NCBI GenBank assembly: GCA_951406725.2
Contig: OX597822.1
Coordinates: 54,188,001-54,252,000, forward strand
Length of the DNA stretch: 64,000 nt
Source: Octopus vulgaris
Lineage: Eukaryota
Direction of reading: 5' to 3'
Part shown: in pieces, positions 27,159-41,215 of the stretch
Numbering within the stretch: position 1 is the stretch's first letter
Layout of the letters: the number at the start of each line of letters is the position of its first letter
Notes under the pieces: generated by a model
Database searches by the model: none
What the model was told of the DNA's origin: nothing
What the model saw: only the letters and a program-made list of their open reading frames with translations
Translations under genes and position numbers: made by a program

Positions 27159-27217
27159 TCTCTACTGAGGAGGGAAATATCCATTGGATTAATCCCGAAA
27201 TTGATTCAGTATAGAGA
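27159..27217 (+). ncRNA. Type I hammerhead ribozyme motif
   Basis: TCTCTA-CTGAGGA-GGGA..ATCC ATT GGAT..TCCC-GAAA-TTG ATT CAG-TA-TAGAGA; 6-bp stem I, GUA cleavage triplet. Confidence 0.75.
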
Positions 27218-29410
27218 TAGCACATAAAAAAAAATTCTGTTAGCTTGCCTTCTTCAATTTCAACATGATGTATATTCATAGTGATGTATATTGTATGTGG
27301 TAATTGATGATTTAAAGTCTATTCTCAGCATATTGGCATAGAAATCTTTTCTCTTTTGCCCTTGTTTATAATTTTTTATAATTACTTATATATATCTATA
27401 TATATATTATGGATGAATTAGAAGATGCTTATGTTAATGTGTTATACATATTCACCAAGTAGTGCTCATTGAAATTTGTATCTTAAACTTCAACTTTATC
27501 AGGGTTAGATAGTCTAGAGGTAGAAACTTGGTTAAAAATACAATAACAGGCATAAGAAATGCATTTATATGAAAAGTTGTGTACACAAATTTACATGATG
27601 TAATAAAGTCTTATCTTTACAGCTGTTTTGAATAATTGATGCTGGTTGCTATAACTATGCATATTGTGCAAGGAGGTCTAGTAGTGAATTGATATTGTAG
27701 GTATACATAAAAGCAAGGGAAAAGTCTCAACTTGCACTGATTTTGATTGCTTCAGAACAGGGCAAAATGGTTTAGGAGAGATAGTTTTTATAATTGATAT
27801 AAGCTCTATAAATTAGAAGAATAGAGAGATCTAAAGAAGGGGTTATAGTGATTGGTATGTGCTACGTTCTGAGTTCAAATTCCACCAAGGTCGACTTTGC
27901 CTTTCATCCTTTCGGGGTCGATAAATTAAGTACCAGTTACGCACTGGGGTCGATGTAATCGACTTAATACCTATGTCTGTCCTTGTTTGTCCCCTCTGTG
28001 TTTAGCCCCTAGTGGGTAATAAAGAAATAGGTATAAAGGAAGGAAGGCAGAGCGATAGGGTAGCTGAAGGTCAGTGAACAATGGCTGTAAAATTAAGAGT
28101 GAGAAAAGGGGCAAGGTGGCCCACTTCAAAAGTAATTCAATGGCTTTCTCATTCCTTCCTTTCTACCTACATCACTCCCTTCTTTCCTCCCCATCCTTCC
28201 CTCTCTCCCTCAGTGGTATAGAGCTATCAAAATTTATGCTAATTAATACTTCTTTACTTTCATGTATATCTGCAATATAGCATAATATGCATGGTTATAT
28301 TAACCAGTCTTTGATTATTTGGAACAATGAAACAACTGCATATGAGTGTGTTTGTGTCTTCTTTTGACATTGCATGACAGCTGTAAATGAACGTCACTGT
28401 CATACAAGCAGTGTCATCCATTTCCAGTATTTCTGAAAACCTCTCTGGTCAGGCCTCTAAAGAATATTACTTTGCTTGGAAGCAGGTGAGGGTTAGCGAC
28501 AAGAAGGGAATTTGACCTGAGAAAATCTACCCCAATAAATTCCTCCTAAGCCATGAAAGTATGGAGAAATGGATATTAAAACGATGATGATGAGAGTGAT
28601 GATGATGCATGTTCACTCATGCACCCAGAGTCTAGTTCATCATAAGATTAATTACAAGACAGAATATGAAATTGAAATAAGTCTGGTGGTAAAACAAATT
28701 GATACTTCACTGTCTGTCTTTGCAGACTGGTGTTACGAACTCAGCCACCACATGGTTTTTTTAAAAATTTCTTTTATCTTTTACTTGTTTTAGTCATTTG
28801 ACTGCAGCCATGCTGGGGCACCACCTTGGCAGGAACTATTTTGTCAAGCAGTGGTGGGGGACAAAGACACACACACGACTAGTTTCTTTCAACCAAATTC
28901 ACTCCTAAGGCTTTGGTTGGCTTGAAGCTATAGAAGACACTTGCCCAAGGTGCCACACAGTAGGAGTGAACCCAGAACCATTTGGCTGGGAAGCAAGCTT
29001 CTTATCACACAGCCATGCTTGCATTTATTTATTTATTTATTTTTTGGTTATTTTGCAGGAATCAAAGAGCTCTTTGAAGATGTTTCTAGCCATTAATTTA
29101 TGGCATGAAAGTACTAAGGTTATGGATAACTTTCTAGAAATGTTATTCAGTAGCCTTTCACATGAAATGTTATGTAAAACTCATTGCTTGAACTGTGGGT
29201 TTTCAAGTTGTTTTTGAAACAGTTGACCTTTAAAGGCCAATAACTTCATCGAGTGACAGGAATATAACTGTTTCCCCTTCTTTCTCTCTTTCCTTCTCTC
29301 TTTCTTTCTTTCACACATGCACTCACACACACACACACACATGCACTCACACACACACACACACAGTCTGTTTCTGTCTGTCTGTCTGTTTCCCCTCTCT
29401 CTTTCCTCCC

Positions 29411-29519
<109 letters not shown>

Positions 29520-30389
29520 CAGCTGAGTCTGGTTTTGGGAGGCTCGATTCAAGTGTTGGATTCCCTCGTGTTTGGTACAATGTGGTTATTATGGTAGTTT
29601 TGACTTTAAGAGTCCCTCCTAGCGTGAGGTATTTATGTATAGTAATGCCCTTAATATAAATAAATATATTTATAGGGAATAATTAATAAATTTTTCCCTT
29701 CTGAGGTTTTTCACGCATAAATTCTTATAAAGATTTTATCCTATATTTAAATTGTGTGTGTGTGTATGTAAAAAGCACCCACTACACTCGCGGAGTAGTT
29801 GGCGTTAGGAAGGGCATCCAGCTGTAGAAACACTGCCAGACCAGACTGGAGCCTGTGGCAGCCTCTGGCTCCCCAGACCCCGGTCGAACCGTCCAACCCG
29901 TGCTAGCGTGGAAAACGGACGTTAAACGATGATGATGATGATGATATATATATATATATATATTGTTGAGTGTGTATGTAACTATATTGCTGTTGTTCAG
30001 CTCCAAGTCAGCCCTGCTCTCAGAGGCCTATGATGAAAGTACACGTGTACATACACTATATTGCCACCATGGCCATCCCATCTTATTCCGCTATGCAGAG
30101 ATTCCAGAACTACATTATCCAATACATCCACTTTTGTGATTTTGGGAGCATGATTTAAGGAAAAATTGCCTGCTATTTCTAGCAATTCAAGTGACCACAT
30201 AAAGGGTCTTTTAGTCAAAGAAATTGACCTCAGGACTTATTCTTTGTAATCTTAGTACTCATTCTATGGGTTTCTTTTGCTGAACTGCTAAGTTATGGGA
30301 ATATAAACACTCCAGTGGTGGTGGGCAACAAACACACACACACACACACACACAAATAAATATAAATATATATATATATATATATATAT

Positions 30390-31640
30390 GAAGAAACTCC
30401 ATAAGATGTACCCAGTGTAAGCTATGGACACAAGCAATATCAGTGGAAGGTTAACAGGGAAGATAGATTTTGTGTGTGGAAGGTGTACAGGTACAGTAAA
30501 CATGGAAAATGTACAGAAAATAGAATCCATTACATGCCAGTGGGGAAGGCTAGAAGTAGTTGATAGCTTCCGTTACCTAGGTGAACAAGTCAGTAGCAGG
30601 TGTGGATGCTCCGAGAGTGTAGCTGCTAGAATAAGAATAAGCTGGGCAAAGTTCAGAGAGCTCCTACCACTGCTGGTAACAAAGGGCCTCTTACTGAGAG
30701 TGAAACGCAAACTGTATGATCCATGTGTGCGAACAACCAAGCTACATGGCAGTGAAACATGGGCTGTGATAACTGAAGATATGTGTAGGTTTGAAAGAAA
30801 CGAAGCTAGTAAGAGGCTTGTAAGAAATGATGCTCTGCTGGATGTGTAATGTCTGTGTGCATGCATGATAGCATGTAAGCGTCCTGAGAGAAAAGTTGGG
30901 CATAAGAGGCATCAGATTGTAGTGTACTAGAGAGATGATTGTATTGGTATGGTCATGTGATGCATTTGGATGAAGACAACTGTGTGAAGAAATGTTGCAC
31001 TTTAATTGTGGAGAGGACCTGTGGAAGACATGGGATGAGGTGGTGAAGCACGATCTTTGAATGTTGTGCCTTACAGAGGCAATGACAAGCAACTGAGACC
31101 TTTGGAGATATGCCATGCTTGAGAAGACCCATCAAGCCAAGTGAGATTGTAGTTGTGGCCGATACCAGTGTCGCGTAAGTGGCCCATTAAAAGCACCTTT
31201 CAATCATTGGGTGATATGCTGTGCTTGTGAAGACCTGTTGAACTGAGAGGAGTCATGGTCATGGCCGATGCCAGTGCAGTCTGAATGGCAAACTGTGCCG
31301 GTGACATGTAAAAAGCACCATTTGAGCGTTGGGCCTCATGGAGGCAGTGACAGGTGACCAAGACCCTTGGTAATACACTGTGCTTGTATTGACCTGTCAA
31401 GCCAAGTGAGACCATGGTCGTGGCTGATGCCTGTGTCAGGTCAATGGCGCCTGTGCCGGTGGTGGCATGTAAATAGTACCCACTACACTGTTTGAGTGGT
31501 TGGTGTTAGGAAGGGCATCCAACCATAGTAGCCTTACCAAATTAGATAGGAACTTGGTGCAGCCCTTGGTTTACCAGTTTTCAGCCAAACCGTCCAACTC
31601 ATGCCAGCATAGAAGCAGACATTAAATGATGATGATGATA
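30390..31640 (+). mobile_element. RTE LINE 3' part (post-RT region plus 3' UTR)
   Basis: FVCGRC..LEVVDSFRYLG...AARIRISWAKFRELLPLL...LHGSETWA motifs, then a repeat-rich UTR and a (GAT)n tail. Confidence 0.85.
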
Positions 31641-32314
31641 TGATGAGTTTCTTTCAGTTTTCTGTCTACCAAATTCAGTTATAAGGCTTTGTTTGGCCTG
31701 AGGCTATAGTAGAAGACACTTGCCCAAGGTGTCATGTAGTAGGACTGAACTTGGAGCCATGTGGTTGGGAAGCAAGCTTCTTACCACACAACCATGCCTA
31801 TGCGTCTTTCAGTTTCCATCTGCCAAACCTACTCATAAGGCTTTGGTTATCCTGGGATTATAATAGAAGACACTTGCTCAAAGTACCATGCAGTGGAACT
31901 GAACCTGAAACCATGTAGTTGGGAAGCAAGCATCTCTATCACATAGCCATTGCAACAAAACCAGATTTCCTATATTTATGATTAATTCAATGCTGTATTT
32001 TTCTGTTATCTTTTTCCCACCTGGTAAAATGTTGGATTTTGTTCTCTTCTTGGACAAAATTTGTAATAATGATAAACATGGTCAGATAGCTATTGTATTC
32101 AGAAGAAAAGTTATGGATTTGACTTGTGAGAAATGTATGGAATCATGAAAATATGGCTGGCAGTGATTCACTAATACATAACTATCTGCTTCTTGTTATT
32201 TTGATCTCTGATTCTAGTTGGTATTTTTTTTTTTTCTTTTATATTTGCTGGGTTTGGAGAATGAGGCATTACCTATAGCTTTTGCAGGCTCTCTGAGACT
32301 GGCAAGTTATGCTT

Positions 32315-32918
32315 TTAACCCTTTTCTCACTATATTACTGTTTAAGTGTACTGCATTTGTTTCAATTTATTTGGAAGTAATGAAGAATTTAGTTAAACAG
32401 TTGTTGTTATCAAGATGGTGTTTGGAACAGAAATTAACACAAAATTTTGATGGAAAGTTTTAATTCAGATCACTTTAACCCTTTTGTTACCATATTTCTC
32501 TTGAAAAACACTGCCTTTATTTCAGCTATTTAGTAAAAACAATCTTTTGGTTATTATTAAACTGGGGTTTGAAACATCAGTTAACATGAAATTTTAATGG
32601 AAGGCTTTAATTTAAATTAGTTCAAAATAAGAAGTAAATATCAGAACCAGAAAGGGGTTATGTATGTTGGTATCAAAAGGGTTAATGTTCTGTTTAACCC
32701 TTTAGTATTTTAACTAGCCATATCTGCCCCAAATATTCTACCTGCTTTATAGTCAACTGGTCAGATTTGGTTTCTCACACCTACTCTATAATGTCATTCT
32801 AAAGCTAAACAATCATACTATTGAAATGTCTAATCTATGAAATTATGCATCATAATTCAAAACAAGGTAAATAAATAAGCATTAAATTTGACAAAGTAAT
32901 CTGAATGCTTAAGTTTTA
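32315..32918. mobile_element. Cluster of TTAA-flanked piggyBac-type MITEs
   Basis: TTAACCCTTT... and ...AAAGGGTTAA ends; homologous to 33699-33921, 44010-44222 and 58735-58930. Confidence 0.65.
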
Positions 32919-33502
32919 AACTTTTGCAAGGTGACATCTGCAGGAAAGCACAAGCAAAGAGGAGATTCCAAAGGGATGATACTCTGAGGAGGAAAGAATG
33001 AGAATAGTGGTTAGATGCAGTGCCTGGGGGTTGATGAGAGGACGAAAAGTGAGTGGAAGAGGTACAAAATCAGCCAGCTTGAAGGTGCAGTGGTCACTAA
33101 GTTGTGGTATAGCTGTAGAAGTAGCCGAGAAAGGAGGCAGCATGCTTATGTTCTTGAGGATAGAGTATGTCTGTGAGTGATTTTTATGCCAATCATTCAA
33201 GTGCCTCTTTTCTGAATACAATCAAGAATATCTGTATGTGTTGCAGCAGTAACATCTTAAATATGGGAGCAATAATCAGTTATGACCCTTACATTTGCTT
33301 TGCAGAATGCTTGTAATTGTTGGAGGCCAAAATATCTTTTGGCCCTAAAATGACAATACCAGTTTCTTTTGACTTGTTACGAAGGTCATATAGTTTTGTG
33401 ATGAGGACAAAAAGGAAAAGTTAATGCATGTATTTTTTTCCAGAATTTTTTCTTTTCTGAATTCCTTGAAGTTACTGTTTTTCTTTTTTTTCTATCTTGT
33501 AG

Positions 33503-33674
33503 ACTCGACGAATGCTTACAAGCTGTTATCACCTATACGAACAAACTGCCTGGTACAAAATGTCTGAATTCTCCTCAAGATTCTCTGAAATACATGATAA
33601 ACTCTCATGTTTTAGAGAAAAGTTCTTGCTATGACCTAGACATGGATGACATCCTCAAAATTTTGCAACATGTC
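33503..33674 (+). CDS. KIAA0825: KIAA0825-like protein, internal coding exon (phase 2 to 0)
   Basis: Polypyrimidine-AG acceptor and GTAAGT donor; LDECLQAVITYTNKLPGTKCLNSPQDSLKYMINSHVLEKSSCYDLDMDDILKILQHV; joins the 43591 exon in frame. Confidence 0.8.
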
Positions 33675-33698
33675 GTAAGTAAAAGTCCTACTCTTTAA

Positions 33699-33921
33699 CC
33701 CTTTTGATACCAACCCGCCAGAAACCAGCTCTGGCTCTGTAGTACAAATGTCTTGTTTGCATAAGTTTTAAATTAAAATCTTCCACCAAACCTTAGTCAC
33801 AATTTATGTTCCTAACACTAGCTGAATGATAACTAAGTTATTTTACTAAATTCTTTGTTATATTTAAAATTAATTGAAAGAAACACAGAAACATCTCAAC
33901 AGAAATATGGTAACAAAAGGG
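33699..33921. mobile_element. piggyBac-type MITE
   Basis: TTAA TSDs (33695-33698, 33922-33925); TIR CCCTTTTGATACCA / TGGTAACAAAAGGG. Confidence 0.8.
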
Positions 33922-36136
33922 TTAATGGTTAATCTCCTGCTATCTGATTTCCCAACCATATTGTCTTGGGTTTCAGTTCACTGCATTACACCTCGGGCAA
34001 GTGTCTTCTAAAGCCATGTGAGTGAATTTGGTAGCTGGAAAGTAAAAAGATGCTTGACATACATATATATTGTGTGTGTGTGTGTACTCTTGTCTTGACA
34101 ACATGGGATGATTATAAATGAGCATGACTGTCATACAAGCAATGTTGTTCGTTGCCAGTCTTCTGTGAAAAACATATCTAGCCATGGGGAAATATTACTT
34201 TGCTTGGAAACAGCTGAGGATTGCTAACAGGAGTGGCGTCCAGCTTTAGAAAATTTGCTTTAAGAATTCTGCTTGACCCATGCGAGCACGAAAAAGGTAG
34301 ACATTAAATGATGACAATGACCACCACCACAACCACCACCACCACCACCACTACCACTATCACCATCATCATCATCATCATCACCAACATCATCATCATC
34401 ATCATGTAGTTTAATATATTTTTTTTAACCAATATGGTTAGCTACATCAATATAGTAATAACCTTATATCAGATTAATACAATAAACAGATTTTATAAAC
34501 ATACTTTGAAGTGAAGCTATAAATACATTAGATAATGTTGTTTCTAACCTCATGAGAAAAGTTACAAGCAGTTACTATTGATAACACTGACGATAATGAA
34601 GAATAAAATGAATAGCAAATGGGAGGGAAGAGAGGAAGAAAAGGAAAACAAAGTGGAAGTGAATTGGAGAGATTCAATAACTGAACACTTGTTGGCTCCT
34701 TATCTAAGAAATTTGAGTTGAGAGGATGTGTGCTGGTACAATTGCAGTTACTATTATGGATAGATCTATTTTGATTTTAACTTAGCTGTTGGAAGAAGTT
34801 GTGCTTTTTTACTAGATTAAGTGTGGTTAAGTAGGATAGTTTAACAGTTTTTACCTTTAAAAAAAAAAAATGTATTATTTGTGGTGATGAGGGAAATGCT
34901 TATTAAGTAAAGAAAAGCCTCTTGGTTGTTATTTCTGAATTGTGAAGAGGATTATATCAACAAATTATCCTCTATCTATTTCCAGTATTTCTAGCTCTAC
35001 TAGTTGATATGATGTATGATATTTTATTTTTAAACCTGCTATTAACTAAGGTTTCATTGTATGAAACCATCTTCATCATTTTACATCTGCTTTCCATGCT
35101 GGCATGGGTTGGATGGTTTGACTGGAGTTATCCAAGCAGAAGACTGCACCAGGATTCAGTGTCTGTTTTGGCATGGTTTTTAAGGCTGGATGCCCTTCCT
35201 AACATTAAACCCCCTACAGAATGAACTGACTGCTTTTTATGTGGCACCAGCGCAGGTGAAGTTAGGTTTGGCATGGTTTTTACAGTTGGATGCTCTTCCA
35301 AATGTCAACCACTTTACAGGAAAGTGCTGGTGATCTATTCTTAACTAAATTTTTCGTAAATAGTTCTAGTTTGGTTCGACTATCTCTATGTTGGTTTATG
35401 GTAAGAATAAAAGTAACTATTCATTAGTGACAGAATGTTACTATTCATTAGTGCCAGAAATCTGTTATCTTGACATAATCCTCTTAGAATCATAAGAATT
35501 TTTTCCTTTAATTTATGTAGCAAGTACAGCCCACTTAGCTTCTAAACTCACATTAAAAGCAGTGCTAAATAATTTTTTTTTCATCCATGAAGTCAAAGTT
35601 AATTTGGTTTTCTAGCTTGTAATTTAATTATAATTTCAAATCCTTCTATGTTGATGATTGTCTTAGAGTAATTCTACAGCCTGATGTGGTTATGTAACAG
35701 GAGCATAATAATTATTTATATCATATTGGAGAAACTTAGTATTTGTTTTGTTAGTAATACAGTTGGACTAATCAGTCACTGTAAGTTTATTCAAAATTAC
35801 GTGTTTGGTCTTAGGTATTATTTTACCAAGAATCTACTTATTCTGCCTTTATCAGATTTTGTGAGATTTATTAACTCTTAAATTCCAGTAGTGCATTTTC
35901 TGTGTTAATCTCCCGATACTTTTAGAAACTACAGATTTTGATAAAAATGTAGATTACATTTTGATTTATTTTAATGTTGATATTCATCTTACAGGAGTAG
36001 AATCTAAATTAATCCTTTTTTTTTTTTTTGCATTAACCCTTGAATATTTAAAACTGGCCATATCAAACTCAAATATTCTACTGGTTTTATATTAATACTG
36101 GCTGGGATTATTCAGCTTCTCACACCTACCCTACAA

Positions 36137-37930
36137 TCATCATCATCATCATCGTTTAACATCTGCTCTCCATGCCAGCATGGGTTGGCTGGTTTGACAT
36201 GAAGCTGGCAAGCAGGGAGCTATCCAGACTTCAATTGTCTGTTATGGCATGGTTTCTGTGGCTGGATGCCCTTCCCAAAGCCAACCACTTAACAGAGTGT
36301 GCTGAGTGTTTTTTTTTACATGCGACCAGCATGGGTGTGTTTATGTAGCACTGGCATGGGTGTATTTACAGTGCACTGGTATGGTGCTTTCCGTGTGGTA
36401 CTGGCACCTGAAAGGACAAGCTTGCATATTGCAAGACAGCGATTTTACATAGCTTGACTCGTCTTATCAAGTACAGTAAATCGTCACATCTCCCAGTCCC
36501 TTGTCATTTTTTCAGTGAGGCCCAGCATCTGAATATTTTTTTTCACCATTTCATCCCACATCTTCCTGGGTCTGCCCCTTCCACAGGTACTCTCCACAAT
36601 TAGAGTTCAGCACTTCTTTAAGCAGCTGTCCTTATCCATACACATCTCATGACCAAACCAGCACAGTCTTCTCTCTTGCACACAACATCTGATGCCTCTT
36701 ATACCCAGTTTTTCTCTTCAACCATTTACACTCTGTTGTACATGCACACTGACATTACCCATCCAGCAGAGCATGCCAGCTTCATTTTTTTCAAGCCTTC
36801 ACAAGTCCTCTGTAGTCAAAGCCCATATTTCACTGCCGTGTAACATAGCTGTATGTACACAGACATCACGCAATCTGCTTTTCACTCTGAGGGAGAGGCC
36901 CTTAGTTCCCAACAAAGATAGAAGCTCTCTGAATTTTGCCCAACCTGTTCTTATCATAACAACTACACTTTCAGAACTTCCTCCACCACTGCTAACTTGG
37001 TCTACTAGGTAATAGAAACTATCTACTACTTTTAATGATCCTACCAATCATTTGAGGGAGCCTATTGTCTGCACATTTTTGGTGCTTGTTGTACCTGCAC
37101 CTTTGCCACACAAAGACTATATTCTCTGTTAACCTTCCTGTGATACCACTACACCTCTTATATATCCAAAGCTTGTGCACTAGGTACAGCATATGGAGTT
37201 TCTACCAACACCCTGCTTACATATCAAGCAGGGTCATCTCTCAGAAGGGACCTGTGATTTGTTTGCTTTCCTACTTATTTAGACTTTGGTTTTTGCTAAA
37301 CTAACTCTGAGGTCCTTAGATTCCAAGCCTTGTTTCCACACCTGAAATTTCTTCTAGTTTAGGTAATGATTCAGTGATAAGAACAGTCATCAGCATAGAG
37401 GTGTTCCCAGAACAGCTGGTCTTCAATTCCTCTGTTAAGGCTTGGAAAACTAAGATAAACAAGCGGGGGCTGAGGACTGATCCTTGGTGAACTCCTACCT
37501 GTACACTGAATTCATCGCTATACTCATGGCCAACCTTCACCTTACTGGTAGCATCCCTATTCATGGCTTGTACTGCTCTCACTAACCACTCATCTATTCC
37601 TAGCTTCTGCATTGATTACTAGATAAGGGAGCTGGGGGGACCCTGTCAAAAGCTTTATCAATGTTGACAAAAGCTAAATAGCTAAATGCCTCTCTTGCAG
37701 TTGCCTAACCAGGAATATAGCATCAGTCATACTCCTGCCTGGCACAGATCTGAACTGTGTCTTATCTACATTAACTCCCTTCTTAATCAATTGAGCTATG
37801 ACTCTTTCTGTAACTTTCATCACCTGGCCCAGCAATTTGATGCCTCTATAATTATTTCTGCCTAAGGTATCACCTTTGCCTTTGTAGCAGTCAACTACAA
37901 TGCTGCTGCTACACCAGTCATTGGCTATGA
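36137..37930 (-). mobile_element. RTE LINE reverse transcriptase region plus 3' end, degenerate
   Basis: KLGIDEWLVRAVQAM...VGVHQGSVLSP.LF and VVDSFYYL...WAKFRELL...LHGSEIWA motifs; (CAT)n tail at the left end. Confidence 0.88.
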
Positions 37931-39354
37931 GAGAGTTGATAATAAGAATATATTATTTATGTCTAGTTATTTTACTCTAGTTTAAGTAGTTGATTCCCTT
38001 TAACAATAAAATCTTCATTATATCATTATCATCATTTAATGTTCATATTCTTTGCTAGCATTAGCTGGGCAGTTTGACATATGCACACCCACACACACCC
38101 TCTGGTGACCTAAGGATGCACATGTGCACAACTGCCATTAAATCATTAATACAATATTGTTTATAGTTTATGTAACATTCACTAATTAACAGCTGGTATT
38201 GATGCTTTGAGACAATTGCATTGATTTGTAATAAAACCTGTTTAATATCCATCTTGTATTAGGATTTTACGTATGTGTATATATACACACACATATATAT
38301 ATAGGCAAATCCAAGAATAGAAAAAAATAGGAAGAAAGCAACAGAAATCAATTGGATGTACACAGTGAATATATTAGACTGATACTTGGTAGAAATTTAG
38401 GTGGATAAATAGGAATAGAAATGTGGTCTTGAGCTTGGCTCTTGGTCAGATAGGGGAGAAATTCCAGAGAAAAGTAAAAGGAGTACTCAAGAAGAGCTCT
38501 GCTTTATAGCAGAAGTGTTAAAGTGACTCTTCCTGGTGAAGAGGATTGGCTTGCAAGAGACATGTGCTGGTGGCATATAAAAACACACGTGCCAGTACCA
38601 CATAAAAGCACTCATGTGATGCCACATTAACAGCACTCAGATCATTCTGTAAAGTGATTGGCATTAGGAAGGGTATCCAACCATAGAAAACAAGCCGAAT
38701 CAGACTGGAACCTGAAACAACTCTCCAGCTTGCCAGCTCTGATCAAACCATACAACCCATGCCAGCATGGAAAATGGATGTTATAGGATGATGATGATAA
38801 TGATGATGAGCAGATAGTCCAAAGAAAAGCATGTGTTGTTTTATGTCCATGTGCAACAGAAGCAGTATTAATTTCAGATAGCTCTCTGTGTATGATAGTT
38901 AACACAGATACTACAGAAAGCCTAATTAACTGCTGTACTTGTCTAGAGAATATATCTCTTCTAGACAGATGTACAATGTTAACTAACAAAGAAACATTAT
39001 CAATAGCAGATATAAATCATCCAGCAGTGGTGGTGAGAATGTTAGAGTGCATTTCTGCCTCTTTGGGCTCTATCAGTAACACATACCCACTGGCAACCGC
39101 TTGCCAAACAAAAATCTATCTTTACTGATACATGGTTATAAACAGTTGATTTCTATATTACTTTCAAGTTTTGGCACAAGACTGGCAATTTTGGGGGAGA
39201 GATAGGTTGATTAGATTGACCCCGGTGCTCAACTGATATTTATTTTATTGACTCCAAAAGGATGAAAGGCAAAGTTGATCTCAGTGACATTTGAACTCAG
39301 AACACAAAGTCAGAGAAAATGCTGCAAAATATTTTGCTGAACATATTGCCTTAA

Positions 39355-40206
39355 CCCCTTAATGGATCAATTATTTTGACATGGCGTTTCATTTTAGAGC
39401 ATATTTTTTTATTTCCTTTTTTAATTATATACTCTGTGTTAATTACAAAAAAATGTTTTTTTATCTTGTTTCCTTTATTTTTTATTATAGAAATTAAAAT
39501 GTACTTTTACTCATTTGGATTTAAATGAGTTAACTCGGACATTAAAAAAATACATATAACTTAACTATCTTCGATTTTTTATAAGATGTATTGCTTTTAA
39601 ATCAAAGGAAAATTTTTTAAAAATGAGATAGTCAGTTTATTTAGAATGATAATTTTTAAAACAAGGAGTTACACTCAAAGTTATCTTGCAGACATCACAC
39701 ATGTATCTGCTTTCTCTTTGAATTTTCTTTCCTTTAGCGTCTCTCTTCTCTGTGCATTTTGCACACTGTCTTGTAGGGTTCTTTTCTTATTACTTGGTGG
39801 TATTTCCACGGGAAAGTGACCAGCTGGGGCAAATTTTGTTGGATGTGAGATCAATGATGGTCTTCCTGGTTTCGTGGGAGGCAATAAGGGCCTATATTTT
39901 TCAATAATCTTGGTGATTATTTGCATTCTAAATTTCAGCGGTTTCATAGCAGAAGCTAAAGTTTCCAAAGATGCTTTATACAAAACATAAGCATTCCAGA
40001 TAGCCAAATCCATCAAATGAAAAAATACTTTTTTTTTTTAAACAATGCGAGTAAATTCGTGATTGCTCAAAAATGAAATGACACAAAACAAATAAACTCA
40101 TTTGAGTGCTAAAATTAAAAGTTCATTTTGACCAAGTATACTCGTCTGGTTCTAAAAAGATACATTTGCGATGCATGAGTAAACTCGGGAATAATCCATT
40201 AAGGGG
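39355..40206 (-). mobile_element. Internally deleted piggyBac transposon (PGBD4-like C-terminus)
   Basis: TTAA TSDs; TIR CCCCTTAATGGAT / ATCCATTAAGGGG; FFHLMDLAIWNAYVLYK...GHFP...CAKC...CDVC...PCF..YH cysteine-rich tail. Confidence 0.88.
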
Positions 40207-40982
40207 TTAATATTAATAGTGATTTCAAATTTTGGCACAAAGCCAGCAATTTCAAGGTAGAGAGTAAGTCGATTACGTCGACCCTGGTGCTCAACTGGTA
40301 CATATTTTATTGACCCTGAAAGGATGAAAGGCAAAGTAGACCTCAGCAGCATTTGAACTCAGAATGTAAAGACAGACGAAATGCTGCTAAGTGTCTTGCC
40401 TAGTGTGCTAACAACTCCACCAGCGCACTGCCTTAATAATAATAATAATGATTTCAAATTTTGGCACAAAACCAAGTATTACCTAGTAGACCAAGTTAGC
40501 AGTGGTGAAGGGGTAAGTTGATTAGATTGACCACAGTAATCAACTGATATTGATCCCAAAAAGATGAGAGGCAAAGTCAACCTCAGTGATATTTGAACTC
40601 AGAAGTGTACAGACAGACGAAATGCTGCTAAGCCTGGTGTGCTAATGATTCTGCCAGCTTGCCATCTTACTGTTAATTATATATTAGAAGCCTTTATTTA
40701 TATCTTCCACTCTAGTTTAAATAGTTTCTCTATCAGATAAGTCATCTGAAGTTCTGTCTCTTTTTTTTTTTTTCCATCCTTTCGTATTCCATTTTTTTTT
40801 CTCATCCTTTTTATACATCTTCCTCTTCTTGCTCTCTCTCTCTCTCTCTCTTTAGATATTCAGTTGTTGACTTTTTTCCTTTAATATGATTTTATATAAA
40901 TATTGAACAATATTTCTGTGAGAGATCAGTTTGCCCTTTGAAGATGTTTTAGAAAATAGGAAACACTTGATTTGATCTAAGG

Positions 40983-41215
40983 TCATCATCATCATCATTA
41001 CCACTAATCATTATTATCATCATCACCACCACTATCACTACCACTACTGTGACTATCATTATCGTCATCACTACCATCATCATCATTACTATAATCACCA
41101 CCATCATAATCGTTACTATCATCACCACCGTGATTGTAATCATCACCACAATCACCATCGTCACTATTACCATCATCACCAGCATCAGCATCATCATTGT
41201 TATCATCATCATCAT
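40983..41215. repeat. Degenerate (CAT/CAC)n trinucleotide microsatellite
   Basis: Directly visible. Confidence 0.9.

Noticed and set aside
32916-33221. Minus-strand 101-aa ORF with an LSDHC motif
   Set aside because: At best a highly decayed LINE endonuclease remnant; too weak to call
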